Assembly (NCBI GenBank): GCA_009914755.4
Contig: CP068257.2
Span: 1,088,001-1,152,000 of the forward strand
Direction: 5' to 3'
Length of the DNA stretch: 64,000 nt
Origin: the human T2T-CHM13v2.0 reference genome, Homo sapiens
Shown here piece by piece: positions 34,801-48,400 of this stretch; the stretch's first letter is position 1, and every line of letters starts with the position of its first letter. The translations under genes and the position numbers were made by a program. The notes under the pieces were generated by a model. It was not told the origin of the DNA. It saw only the letters and a program-made list of their open reading frames with translations, and made no database searches.

Positions 34801-37800
34801 GAATGGAATGAAATCAACCCGAGTGGAATGGAACGGAGTGGAATGGAATGGAAAGGAATGAATGGAATGGAATGGTTTGGAATCAACACGAGGAGAATGG
34901 AAGGAATGGAATGGAACGGAACGGAATGGAAAGGAATGAAATGGAATGAACCCGAATGGAATGGAATGGAATGGAATCAACCAGAGCGGAAAGGAATGGA
35001 ATGGAAAGGAGTGGAATGGAATGTAATGGAATGGAATGCAATGGAATGGAATCAACACGAATGGAATGGAACGGAATGGAATGGGATGGGATGGAATGGA
35101 ATGGAATGGAAGTTAATCAACACGAATGGAATGGAACGGAATGTAATGGAATGGAATGGAATGGAATGCAATGGAATGAAATGGAAAGGAACGGAATGGA
35201 ATCAACACGAGTGGAATGGAATGGAACGGAATGGAATCAACCTGAGTAAAATGAAATGGAATGTAATGCAATGGGATGGTTTGGAATCAACCCGAGTGGA
35301 ATGGAATGGAATGGAATGGAATGGAATGGAATGGAATGGAATGGAATGGAAGGAAATGGAATGGATCGGAATGGAATCCAATGGAATCAACTGGAATGGA
35401 ATGGATTGGAATGGAACAAATCCGGGTGGAGTGGAATGGAAGGGAATGGAGTGGAATGGAATGGAATTTAGTGGAATGGAATGGAATGGAATGGAATGAA
35501 ATGGATTGGATCGGAATGGAATCCAATGGAATCAATTGGAATGGAATGGAATGAAATAGAATGGTATAAATCCGGGTGGAGTGGAATGGAATGTAGTGGA
35601 GTGGAATGGAATTGAATTTAGTGGAATGGAATGGAATGGAATGGATTGGAATGGAATGGAATCAACCCGAATGGAATGGAACGGAATGGAATAGAAAGGA
35701 ATAGAATGGAATGGAATGGAATGGAATGGAATGGAATGGAATGGAATGGAATCAACCCGAATGGGATGGCATGGAATGGAATGGAATTGAATGGAATGGA
35801 ATGGAATGGAAAGGAATGGAATGGAATGGAATCATCCCAAGTGTAATGGAATGGAATGGAGTGCAATGGAACCCACCCGAGTGGAATGGAATGGAATGGA
35901 ATGGAAAGGAATGGAATGGATTGGAATGGAACGGAATGGAGTGGAATGGAATGGAATGGAATGGAATGGAATGGAATCAACCCGAATGGGATGGCATGGA
36001 ATGGAATTCAGTGAAATGGAATGGAATGGAATGGAATGGAATCAACCCAAGTGCAATGGAATGGAATGGAAGGCAATGGAGTCCACCCGAGTGGAATGGA
36101 ATGGAATGGAATGGAATGGAATGGAATGGAGTGGAATGGAATGGAATGGAGTGGAATGGAACGGAATGGAGTGGAATGGAATAAACACCAGGGGAATGAA
36201 ATGGATTGGAATGAAAAGGAATGGAAAGGGAATGGAATGGAATAAAATCAACCAGAGTGGAATGGAACGGAACGGAATGAAATGGAAAGGAATGAATGGA
36301 AGGGAATGGTGTGGAGTCAACACGAGAGGAATGGAATGGAATGGAATGGAACGGAATGGAATGGAAAGGAATGGAATGGAATGAACCCGAATGGAATGGA
36401 ATGGATTGGAAAGGAATGGAATTGAATCAACCCGAGCGGAAAGGAATGGAATGGAATGGAGTGGAATGTAATGTAATGGAATGGAATTGAATGGAATGGA
36501 ATGGAATCAACACGAATGGAATGGAAAGGAATGGAATGTGATGGGATGGAATGGAATGGAATGGAAGTTAATCAACACGAATGGAATGGAACGGAATGGA
36601 ATGGAATGGAATGGAATGAACCCGAATGGAATGGAATGGATTGGAATGGAATGGAATGGAATCAACCCAAGCGGAATGGATTGGAATGGAATGGAGTGGA
36701 ATGGAATGGAATGGAATGGAATGGAATGAAATGGAAAGGAACGGAATGGAATCAACACGAGTGGAATGGAATGGAACGGAATGGAATCAACCAGAGTGGA
36801 ATGAAATGGAATGTAATGCAATGGGATGGAGTGGAATCAACCCGAGTGGAATAGAATGGAATGGAACGGAATGAAATGGAATGGATCGGATTGGAATCCA
36901 GTGGAGTCAACTGGAATGGAATGGAATGGAATGGAATGGAATGGAATGGAATGGAATAAATCCGGGTGGAGTGGAATGGAATGTAATGGAGTGGAATGGA
37001 ATGGAATTTAGTGGAATGCAATGGAATGGAATAGAATGGAATGGAATGGAATGGAATCAACCCGAGTGGATTGGAAAGGAATGGAATGGAAAGGAATGGA
37101 ATGGAATGGAATGGAATGGAATGGAATGGAATCAACCCGAATGGGATGGAATGGAATGGAATTGAATGGAATGGAATGGAATCAACCCAAGTGCAATGGA
37201 ATGGTATGGAATGCAATGGAATCCACCCGAGTGGAATGGAATGGAATGGAATGGAATGGAATGGAAGGAAAGGAATGGAGTGGAATGGAACGGAATGGAG
37301 TGGAACGGAATAAACACCAGGGGAATGAAATGGATTGGAATGAAATTGAATGGAATGGAATGGAATGGAATGGAATGGAATGAAATCAACCCGAGTGGAA
37401 TGGATCGGAATGGAATGGAATGGAAAGGAATGAATGGCATGGAATGGTGTGGAATCAACACGAGAGGAATGGAATGGAATGGAATGGAATGGAACGGAAT
37501 GGAAAGGAATGGAATGGGATGAACCCGAATGGAATGGAATGGATTGGAATGGAATGGAATGGAATCAACCCGAGCGGAAAGGAATGGAATGGAATGGAGT
37601 GGAATGGAATCTAATGTAATGGAATGGAATGGAATAGAATCAACACAAATGGAATGGAACGGAATGGAATGGGATGGGATGGAATGGAATGGAATGGAAG
37701 TTAATCAACACGAATGGAATGGAACGGAATGGAATGGAAAGGAATGGAATGGAAAGGAATGGAATGGAATGGAATGGAATGAAATGGAAAGGAACGGAAT

Positions 37801-40800
37801 GGAATCAACACGAGTGGAATGGATTGGAACGGAATGGAATCAACCCCAGTGGAATGAACTGGAATGTAATGCAATGGGATGGAATGGAATCAACCCGAGT
37901 GGAATGGAATGGAATGGAATGAAATGGAATGGATTGGAATGGAATCCAATGGAATCAACTGGAATGGAATGAAATGGAATGGAATAGAATGGAATGGAAT
38001 GGAATAAATCCGGGTGGAGTGGAATGGAATGTAATGGAGTGGAATGTAAAGGAATTTAGTGGAATGGAATGGAATGGAATGGAATGGAATGGAATGGAAT
38101 GGATTGGATCAGAATGGAATCCAATGGAATCAACTGGAATGGCATGGAATGGAATGCAATGGAATAAATCCGGGTGGAGTGGAATGGAATGTAATGGAGT
38201 GGAATGGAATGGAATTTAGTGGAATGGAATGGAATGGAATGGAATGGAATGGAATGGAATGGATTGGATCAGAATGGAATCCAATGGAATCAACTGGAAT
38301 GGCATGGAATGGAATGCAATGGAATAAATCCGGGTGGAGTGGAATGGAATGTAATGGAGTGGAATGGAATGGAATTTAGTGGAATGGAATGGAACGGAAT
38401 GGAATGGAATGGAATGGAATAAACCCGAATGGAATGGAACGGAATGGAATGGAAATGAATGGAATGGAATGGAATGGAATGGAATGAAATGGAATGGAAT
38501 GGAATGGAATGGAATCAACCCGAATGGGATGGCATGGAATGGAATTGAATGGAATAGAATGGAACGGACTGTAATGGAATGGAATGGAATTGAATCAACC
38601 CAAGTGCAATGGAATGGAATGGAATGCAATGGAATCCACCCGAGTGGAATGGAATCGAATGGAACAGAATGGAATGGAATGGAATGGAATGGAATGAAAT
38701 CAACCCGAGTGGAATGCAACGGAATGGAATGGAATGGAAAGGAATGAATGTAATGGAATGGGGTGGAATCAACACGAGAGGAATGGAATGGAACGGAATG
38801 GATCGGAACGGAATGGAAAGGAATGGAATGGAATGAAACCGAATGGAATGGAATGGATTGGAATGGAATAGAATGGAATCAACCCGAGCGGAAAGGAATG
38901 TAACGGAATGGAGTGGAATGTAATGTAATGTAAAGGAATGGAATGAAATAGAATCAACACGAATGGAATGGAACGGAATGGAATGGGATGGGATGGAATG
39001 GAATGGAATAAATCCGGGTGGAGTGGATTGGATTGTAATGGAGTGGAACGTAATGGAATTTAGTGGAATGGAATGGAATGGAATGGAATGGAATGGAATG
39101 AAATGGATTGGATCGGAATGGAAGCCAATGGAATCAACTGGAATGGAATGGAATGGAATGGAATGGAATGAAATGGATTGGATCGGAATGGAAGCCAATG
39201 GAATCAAATGGAATGGAATGGAATGGAATGGAATGGAATGGAATGGAATGGAATAAATCCGGGTGGAGTGGAATGGAATGTAATGGAGTGGAATGTAATG
39301 GAATTTAGTGGAATGGAATGGAATGGAATGGAATGGAATGGAATGGAATGGAATGGAATCAACCCGAAAGGAATGGAATGGAAATGAATGGAATGGAGTG
39401 GAGTGGAATGGAATGGAATGGAATGGAATGGAATGGAAAGGAATGGAATGGAATCAACCCGAATGGGATGGCATGGATTGGAATTGAATGGAATGGAATG
39501 GAATGGAATGGAATGGAATGGAATCAACCCAAGTGCAATGGAATGGAATGGAATGCAATGGAGTACACCCGAGTGGAATGAAATGGAATGGAATGGAATG
39601 GAGTGGAATGGAACGTAATGGAGTGGAATGGAAAAAACACCAGGGGAATGAAATGGATTGGAATGAAATGGAATGGAAGGGAATGGAATGGAATGAAATC
39701 AACCCGAGTGGAATGGAACGGAATGGAATGTAATGGAAAGGAATGAATGGATTGGAATGGTGTGGAATCAACACGAGAGGAATGGAATGGAACGGAATGG
39801 AACGGAACGGAATAGAAAGGAATGGAATGGAATGAATCCGAATGGAATGGAATGGATTGGAATGGAATAGAATGGAATCAACCCGAGCGGAAAGGAATGG
39901 AATCAAATGGAGTGGAATGTAATGTAATGTAAAGGAATAGAATGAAATAGAATCAACACGAATGGAATGGAACGGAATGGAATGGGATGGGATGGAATGG
40001 AATGGAATGGAAGTTAATCAACACGAATGGAATGGAACGGAATGGAATGGAATGGAATGGAATGGAATGGAATGGAATGGAATGGAAGGAACGGAATGGA
40101 ATCAACACGAGTGGAATGGAATGAAACGGAATGGAATCAACACGAGGGGAATGAAATGGAATGTAATGCAATGGGATGGAGTGGAATCAACCCGAGTGGA
40201 ATGGAATGGAATGGAATGAAATGGAATGGATCGGAATGGAATCTAATGGAATCAACTGGAATGGAATGGAATGGAATGGAATAAATCCAGGTGGAGTGGA
40301 CTGGAATGTAATGGAGTGGAATGTAATGGAATTTAGTGGAATGGAATGGAATGGAGTGGAATGGAATGGAATGGAATGGAAAGGAATGAAATGGATTGGA
40401 TAGGAATGGAATCCAATGGAATCAACTGGAATGGAATGGAAAGGAATGGAATGGAATGGAATAAATCCGGGTGGAGTGGAGTGGAATGTAATGGAGTGGA
40501 ATGGAATGGAATTTAGTGTAATGGAATGGAATGGAATGGAATGGAATGGAATCAACCCGAGTGGAATGGAACGGAATGGAATGGAAGGGAATGGAATGGA
40601 AGGGAATGGAATGGAATGGAATAGAATGTAATGTAATGGAATGGAATGGAATGGAATGGAAGGGAATGGAATCAACACGAATGGAATGGCATGGAATGGC
40701 ATTGAATCGAATAGAATGGAATGGAATGGAATGGAATGGAATCAACCCAAGTGCAATGGAATGGAATGGAATGCATTGGAATCCACCTGAGTGGAATGTA

Positions 40801-42430
40801 ATGGAATGGAATGGAATGGAATGGAGTGGAATGGAACGGAATGGAGTGGAATGCAATAAACATCAGGGGAATGAAATGGATTGGAATGAAGTGGAATGGA
40901 ATGGAATGGAATGGAATGAAATCAACAAGAGTGGAATGGAACGGAATGGAATTGAATGGAAAGGAATGAATGGAATGGAATGGTGTGGAATCAACACGAG
41001 AGGAATGGAATGGAATGGAATGGAATGGAACGGAACGGAATGGAAAGGAATGGAATGGAATGAACCCGAATGGAATGGAATGCATTGGAAAGGAATGGAA
41101 TGGAATCAACCCGAGAGGAAAGGAATGGAATGGAATGGAGTGGAATGTAATGTAATGGAATGGAATGGAATGGAATGGAATCAACACAAATGGAATGGAA
41201 CGGAATGGAATGGGTTAGGATGGAATGGTATGGAATGGAAGTTAATCAACACGAATGGAATGGAACGGAATGGAATGGAATGGAATGGAAAGGAATGGAA
41301 TGGAATTGAATGGAATGAAATGGAAAGGAACGGAATGGAATCAACACGAGTGGAATGGAATGGAACGGAATGGAATCAACCACAGTGGAATGAACTGGAA
41401 TGTAATGCAATGGGATGGAGTGGAATCAACCACAGTGGAATGAACTGGAATGTAATGCAATGGGATGGAGTGGAATCAACCCGAATGGAATGGAATGGAA
41501 TGGAAAGGAATGGAATGGAACGAAATGGAATGGATCGGAATGGAATCCAATGGAATCAACTGGAATGGAATGGAATGGAATGGAATGGAATGGAATGCAA
41601 TGGAATGGAATAAATCTGGGTGGAGTGGAATGGAATGAAACGGAGTGGAATGTAATGGAATTTAGTGGAATGGAATGGAATGGAATGGAATGGAATGAAA
41701 TGGATTGGATCGGAATGGAATCCAATGGAATCAACTGGAATGGAATGGAATGGAATGGAATGGAATGGAATGGAATAAATCCGGGTGGAGTGGAATGGAA
41801 TGTAATGGAGTGGAATGGAATGGAATTTAGTGGAATGGAATGGAATGGAATGGAATGGAATGGAATGGAATGGAATGAAATGGATTGGATCGGAATGGAA
41901 TCCAATGGAATCAACTGGAATGGAATGGAATGGAATGGAATAAATCAGGGTGGAGTGGAATGGAATGTAATGGAGTGGAATGGAATGGAATTTAGTGGAA
42001 TGGAATGGAATGGAATGGAATGGAATGGAATGGAATGAAATGGATTGGATCGGAATATAATCCAATGGATTAAACTGGAATGGAATGGAATGGAATGGAA
42101 TGCAGTGGATCGGAATGGAATCAAATGGAATCAACTGGAATGGAATGGAATGGAATGGAATGGAATAAATCCGGGTGGAGTGGAATGGAATGTAATGGAG
42201 TGGAATGTAACGGAATTTAGTGGAATGGAATGGAATGGAGTGCAATGGAATGGAATGAAATGGATTGGATCGGAATGGAATCCAATGGAATCAACTGAAA
42301 TGGAATGGAATGGAATGGAATGGAATAAATCCGGGTGGAGTGGAATGTAATATAATGGAGTGGAATGTAATGGAATTCAGTGGAATGGAATGGAATGGAA
42401 TGGAATGGAATGAAATGGGAATGAAATGGA
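31865..42430 (+). repeat. HSat3 large duplicate, copy a (partner at 53435-64000)
   Basis: Six-frame translations are identical over hundreds of codons between the copies (e.g. 38216-38719 vs 59799-60302; 38515-39207 vs 60098-60790; 40187-40702 vs 61785-62300; 34104-34466 vs 55697-56059). Offsets are 21,568-21,598 bp and differ only by multiples of 5 bp. Confidence 0.85.
38055..38374 (+). repeat. Local 2 x 160-bp perfect tandem duplication inside HSat3 (also present in the partner copy at ~59638-59957)
   Basis: 38055-38214 and 38215-38374 are identical ('ggaatttagtggaatggaatggaatggaatggaatggaatggaatggattggatcagaatggaatccaatggaatcaactggaatggcatggaatggaatgcaatggaataaatccgggtggagtggaatggaatgtaatggagtggaatggaatg'). 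Confidence 0.8.
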
Positions 42431-45400
42431 TTGGATCGGAATATAATCCAATGGAATAAACTGGAATGGAATGGAATGGAATGAAATAAAATGGATTGGA
42501 TTGGAATGGAATCCAATAGAATCAACTGGAACGGAATGGAATGGAATATTTCCGGGTGGAGTGGAATGGAATATAATGGAGTGGAATGGAATGGAAATTA
42601 GTGGAATGGAACGGAATGGAATGGAAAGGAATGTAATGTAATGTAATGTAATGTAATGGAATAGAATGGAATGGAATCAACCCGAATGGGATGGCATGGA
42701 ATAGAATTGAATGCAATGGAATGGAATGGAATGGAATGGAATGGAATGCAATGGAATCCAGCCGATTGGAATGGAATGGAATGGAATGGAATGGAATGGA
42801 ATGGAATGGAGTGGAATGGAATAAACAGCAGAGGAATGAAATGGATTGGAATGAAATGGAATGGAATGGAATGGAATGAAATCAACCCGAGGGGAATGGA
42901 ACGGAATGGAATGGAATGGAAAGGAATGAATGGAAGGGAATGGTGTGGAATCAACACGAGAGGAATGGAATGGAATGGAATGGAACGGAACGGAATGGAA
43001 AGGAATGGAATGGAATGAACCCGAATGGAATGGAATGGATTGGAATGGAATGGAATAGAATCAACCTGAGAGGAAAGGAATGGAATGGAATGGAGAGGAA
43101 TGGAATGCAATGGAATGGAATGCAATGGAATGGAATCAACACGAATGGAATGGAACGGAATGGAATGGGATGGGATGGAATGGAATGGAATGGAAGTTAA
43201 TCAACACGAATGGAATGGAACGGAATGGAATGGAACGGAATGGAATGGAATGGAATGGAATGGAAAGGAACAGAATGGAATCAACAGGAGTGGAATGGAA
43301 TGGAACGGAATGGAATCAATCCGAGTGGAATGAAATGGAATGTAATGCAATGAGATGGAGTGGAATCAACCTGAGTGGAATGGAATCGAATGGATTGGAA
43401 TGGAATGGAATGGAATGAAATGGAATGGAATAAATCCGGGTGGAGAGGAATGGAATGTAATGGAGTGCAATGTTACGGAATTTAGTGGAATGGAATGGAA
43501 TGGAATGGAATGGAATGGAATGGAATGGAATCGAATGGAATGAAATGGATTGGATCGGAATGGAATCCAATGGAATCAACTGGAATGGAATGGAATGGAA
43601 TAAATCCGGGTGGAGTGGAATGGAATGTAATGGAGTGGAATGGAATGGAATTTAGTGGAATGGAATGGAATGGAATGGAATGGAATGGAATGGAATGGAA
43701 TGAAATGGAATGGAATCAACCCGAATGGAATGGAATGGAATGGAATGGAAAGGGATGGAATGGAATGGAATGGAATGGAATAGAATGGAATGGAATGGAA
43801 TGGAATGGAATGGAATCAACCCAAGTGCAATGGAATGCAATGGAATGCAATGGAATCCACCCGAGTGGAATGGAATGGAATGGAATGGAATATAATGCAA
43901 TGGAATGGAATGGAATGGAATGGAATGGAATGGAGTGGAATGGAACTGAATGGAGTGGAATGGAATAAACACCAGGAGAATGAAATGGATTGGAATGAAA
44001 TGGAATGGAATGGAATGGAATGGAATGGAATGGAATGAAATCAACCCGAGTGGAATGGAACGGAATGGAATGGAATGGAAAGGAATGAATGGAAGGGAAT
44101 GGTGTGGAAACAACACGAGAGGAATGGAATGGAATGGAATGGAAAGAAACGGAATGGAAAGGAATGGAATGGAATGAACCCGAATGGAATGGAATGGATT
44201 GGATTGGAATGGAATGGAATCAACCCGAGCATAAAGGAATGGAACGGAATGGAGTGGAATGGAATGGAATGGAATGGAATGGAATGGAATGGAATGGAAT
44301 CAACACGAATGGAATGGAGTGGAATGAAATGGGATGGGATGGAATGGAATGGAATGGAATCAACATGAATGGAATGGAACGTAATGGAAAGGAATGGAAT
44401 GGAAAATAATGGAATGGAATGAACCCGAATGGAATGGAATGCATTGGAATGGAATGGAATGGAATCAACCCGAGCGGAAAGGAATGGAATGGCATGGTGT
44501 GGAATGGAATGTAATGGAATGGAATGGAATGGAATCAACACGAATGGAATGGAACGGAATGGAATGGGATGGGATGGAATGGAATGGAAGGGAAGTTAAT
44601 CAACACGAATGGAATGCAACGGAATGGAATGGAATGGAATGGAGTGGAATGAACCCGAATGGAATGGAATGGATTGGAATGGAATGGAATTGAATCAACC
44701 CTAGTGGAAAGGAATGGAATGGAATGGAGTGGAATGTAATGTAATGTAATGGAATGGAATGGAATGGAATCAACACGAATGGAATAGAACGGAATGGAAT
44801 GGGATGGGATGGAATGGAATGGAATGGAAGTTAATCAACATGAATGGAATGGAATGTAATGGAATGGAACGGAACGGAATGGAATGGAATGCAATGGAAT
44901 GGAATGAAATGGAAAGGAACGGAATGGAATCAACACGAGTGGAATGGAATGGATAGGAATGGAATCAACCCGAGTGAAATGAAATGGAATGTAATGCAAT
45001 GGGATGGAGTGGAATCAACCCGAGTGGAATGGAATGGAATGGAATGGAATGGAACGAAATGGAATGGATCGGAATGTAATCCAATGGAATCAACTGGAAT
45101 GGAATGGAATGGAATGGAATGGAATAAACCCGGGTGGAGTGGAATGGAATGTAACGGAGTGGAATGTAATGGAATTTAGTGGAATGGAATGGAATGGAAT
45201 GGAATGAAATGGATTGGATCGGAATGGAATCCAAAGGAATCAACTGGAATGGAATGGAATGGAATGGAATAAATCCGGGTGGAGTGGAATGGAAAGTAAT
45301 GGAGTGGAATGGAATGGATTTTACTGGATGGAATGGAATGGAATGGAATGCAACGGAATGGAATGGAATGGAATGGAATGGAATGGAAAGGAATGGAATC

Positions 45401-48400
45401 AACCCGAATGGAATGGAACGGAAAGGAATGGAATGGAATGGAATGGAATGGAATGGAATGGAATGGAAAGGAATGGAATGGAATGGAATGGAATCAACCC
45501 GAATGGGATGGTATGGAATGGAACTGAATGGAATAGAATGGAATGGAATGGAATGGAATGGAATCAACCCAAGTGCAATGGAATGGTTTGGAATGCAATG
45601 GAATCCACCTGAGTGGAATGGAATGGAATGGAATGGAATGGAATGGAATGGAATGGAGTGGAATGGAACGGAATGGAGTGGAATGCAAGAAACACCAGGG
45701 GAATAAAATGAATTGGAATGAAATGGAATGGAATGGAATGGAATGGAATGGAATGGAATGAAATCAACCCAAGTGGAATGGAACGGAAAGGAATGGAATG
45801 GAAAGGAATGAATGGTAAGGAATTGTGTGGAATCAACCCGAGAGGAATGGAATGGAATGGAATGGAATGGAACGGAACGGAATGGAAAGGAATGGAATGG
45901 AATGAACCCGAATGGAATGGAATGGATTAGAATGGAATGGAATGGAATCAACCCGAGCGGAAAGGAATGGAATGGAATGGAGTGGAATGTAATGTAATGG
46001 AATGGAATGGAATGGAATGGAATGGAATCAACACAAATGGAATGGAACGGAATGGAATGGGATGGGATGGAATGGTATGGAATGGAAGTTAATCAACACG
46101 AATGGAATGGAACGGAATGGAATGGAATGGAATGGAAAGGAATGGAATGGAATGGAATGGAATGGAATGGAATGGAATGGAATGGAATGAAATGGAATGG
46201 ATTGGAATGGAATACAATGGAATCAACTGGAATGGAATGGAATGGAATGGAATGGAATGGAATGGAATGAAATGGAATGGATCAGAATGGAATCCAATGG
46301 AATCAACTGGAATGGAATGGAATGGAATGGACTGCAATTGAATGGAATAAATCTGGGTGCATTGGAATGGAATGTAACGGAGTGGAATGTAATGGAATTT
46401 AGTGGAATGGAATGGAATGGAATGGAATGGAATGGAATGGAATGGAATGGATTGGATCGGATTGGAATCCAATGGAAGCAACTGGAATGGAATGGAATGG
46501 AATGGAATTGTATAAATCCGGGTGGAGATGACTGTAATGTAATGCAGGGGAATGGAATGGAATTCAGTGGAATGGAATGGATTGGAATGGATTGGAATGG
46601 AATGGAATGGAATGGAATGGAATGGAATGGAATGGAATGAAAGGGATAGGATCGGAATGGAATCCAATGGAATCAACTGGAATGGAATGGAATGGAATAA
46701 ATCCGGGTGGAGTGGAATGGAATGTAATGGAGTGGAATGGAATGCAATTTAGTGGAATGGAATGGAAAGGAATAGAATGGAATGGAATGGAAAGGAATGG
46801 AATGGAATCAACCCGAATGGGATGGCATGGAATGGAATTCAATGGAATGGAATGGAATGGACGGTAATGGAATGGAACGGAATGGAATCAACCAAAGTGC
46901 AATGGAATGGAATGGAATGCAATGGAATCCACCCAAGTGGAATGGAATGGAATGGAATGGAACGGAATGGAATGGAATGGAGTGGAATGGGACGGAATGG
47001 AGTGGAATTGAATAAACACCAGGGGTATGAAATGGATTGGAAAGAAATGGAATGGAATGGAATGGAATGAAATCAACCCGAGTGGAATGCAACGGAATGG
47101 AATGGAATGGAAAGGAATGAATGGAATGGAATGGTGTGGAATCAACACGAGAGGAATGGAATGGAATGGAATGGAATGGAATGGAATGGAACGGAACGGA
47201 ATGGAAAGGAATGGAATGGAATGAACCCGAATGGAATGGAATGCATTGGAATGGAATGGAATGGAATCAACCCGAGCGGAAAGGAATGGAATGGAATGGA
47301 GTGGAATGTAATGTAATGTAATGGAATGGAATGGAATGGAATGGAATCAACACAAATGGAATGGAACGGAATGGAATGGGTTAGGATGGAATGGTATGGA
47401 ATGGAAGTTAATCAACACGAAGGGAATGGAACGTAATGGAATGGAATGGAATGGAAAGGAATGGAATGGAATTGAATGGAATGAAATGGAAAGGAACGGA
47501 ATGGAATCAACACGAGTGGAATGGAATGGAACGGAATGGAATCAACCCCACTGGAATGAACTGGAATGTAATGCAATGGGATGGAGTGGAATCAACCCGA
47601 GTGGAATGGAATGGAATGGAAAGGAATGGAATGGAATGAAATGGAATGGATCGGAATGGAATCCAATGGAATCAACTGGAATGGAATGGAATGGAATGGA
47701 ATGGAATGGAATGCAATGGAATGGAATAAATCTGGGTGGAGTGGAATGGAATGAAACGGAGTGGAATGTAATGGAATTTAGTGGAATGGAATGGAATGGA
47801 ATGGAATGGAATGAAATGGATTGGATCGGAATGGAATCCAATGGAATCAACTGGAAAGAAATGGAATGGAATGGAATGGAATAAATCTGGGTGGAGTGGA
47901 ATGGAATGTAATGGAGTGGAATGGAATGGAATTTAGTGGAATGGAATGGAATAGAATGGAATGGAATGGAATGAAATGGATTGGATCGGAATGGAATCCA
48001 ATGGAATCAACTGGAATGGAATGGAATGGAATAAATCCGGGTGGAGTGGAATGGAACGGAATTTAGTGGAATGGAATGGAAAGGAATGGAATGAAATGGA
48101 ATGGAATGGAATGGAATGGAATCAACCCGAGTGGGATGGCATGCAATGGAATTGAATGGAAGGGAATGGAATGGACTGTAATGGAATGGAATGGAAGGGA
48201 ATCAAACCAAGTGCAATGGAATGGAATGGAATGCAATAGAATCCACCCGAGTGGAATGGAATGGAATGGAATGGAATGGAATGAATGTAATGGAATGGGG
48301 TGGAATCAACACGAGAGGAATGGAATGGAATGGAATGGAAAGGAACGGAATGGAAAGGAATGGAATGGAATGATCCCGAATGGAATGGAATGGATTGGAA

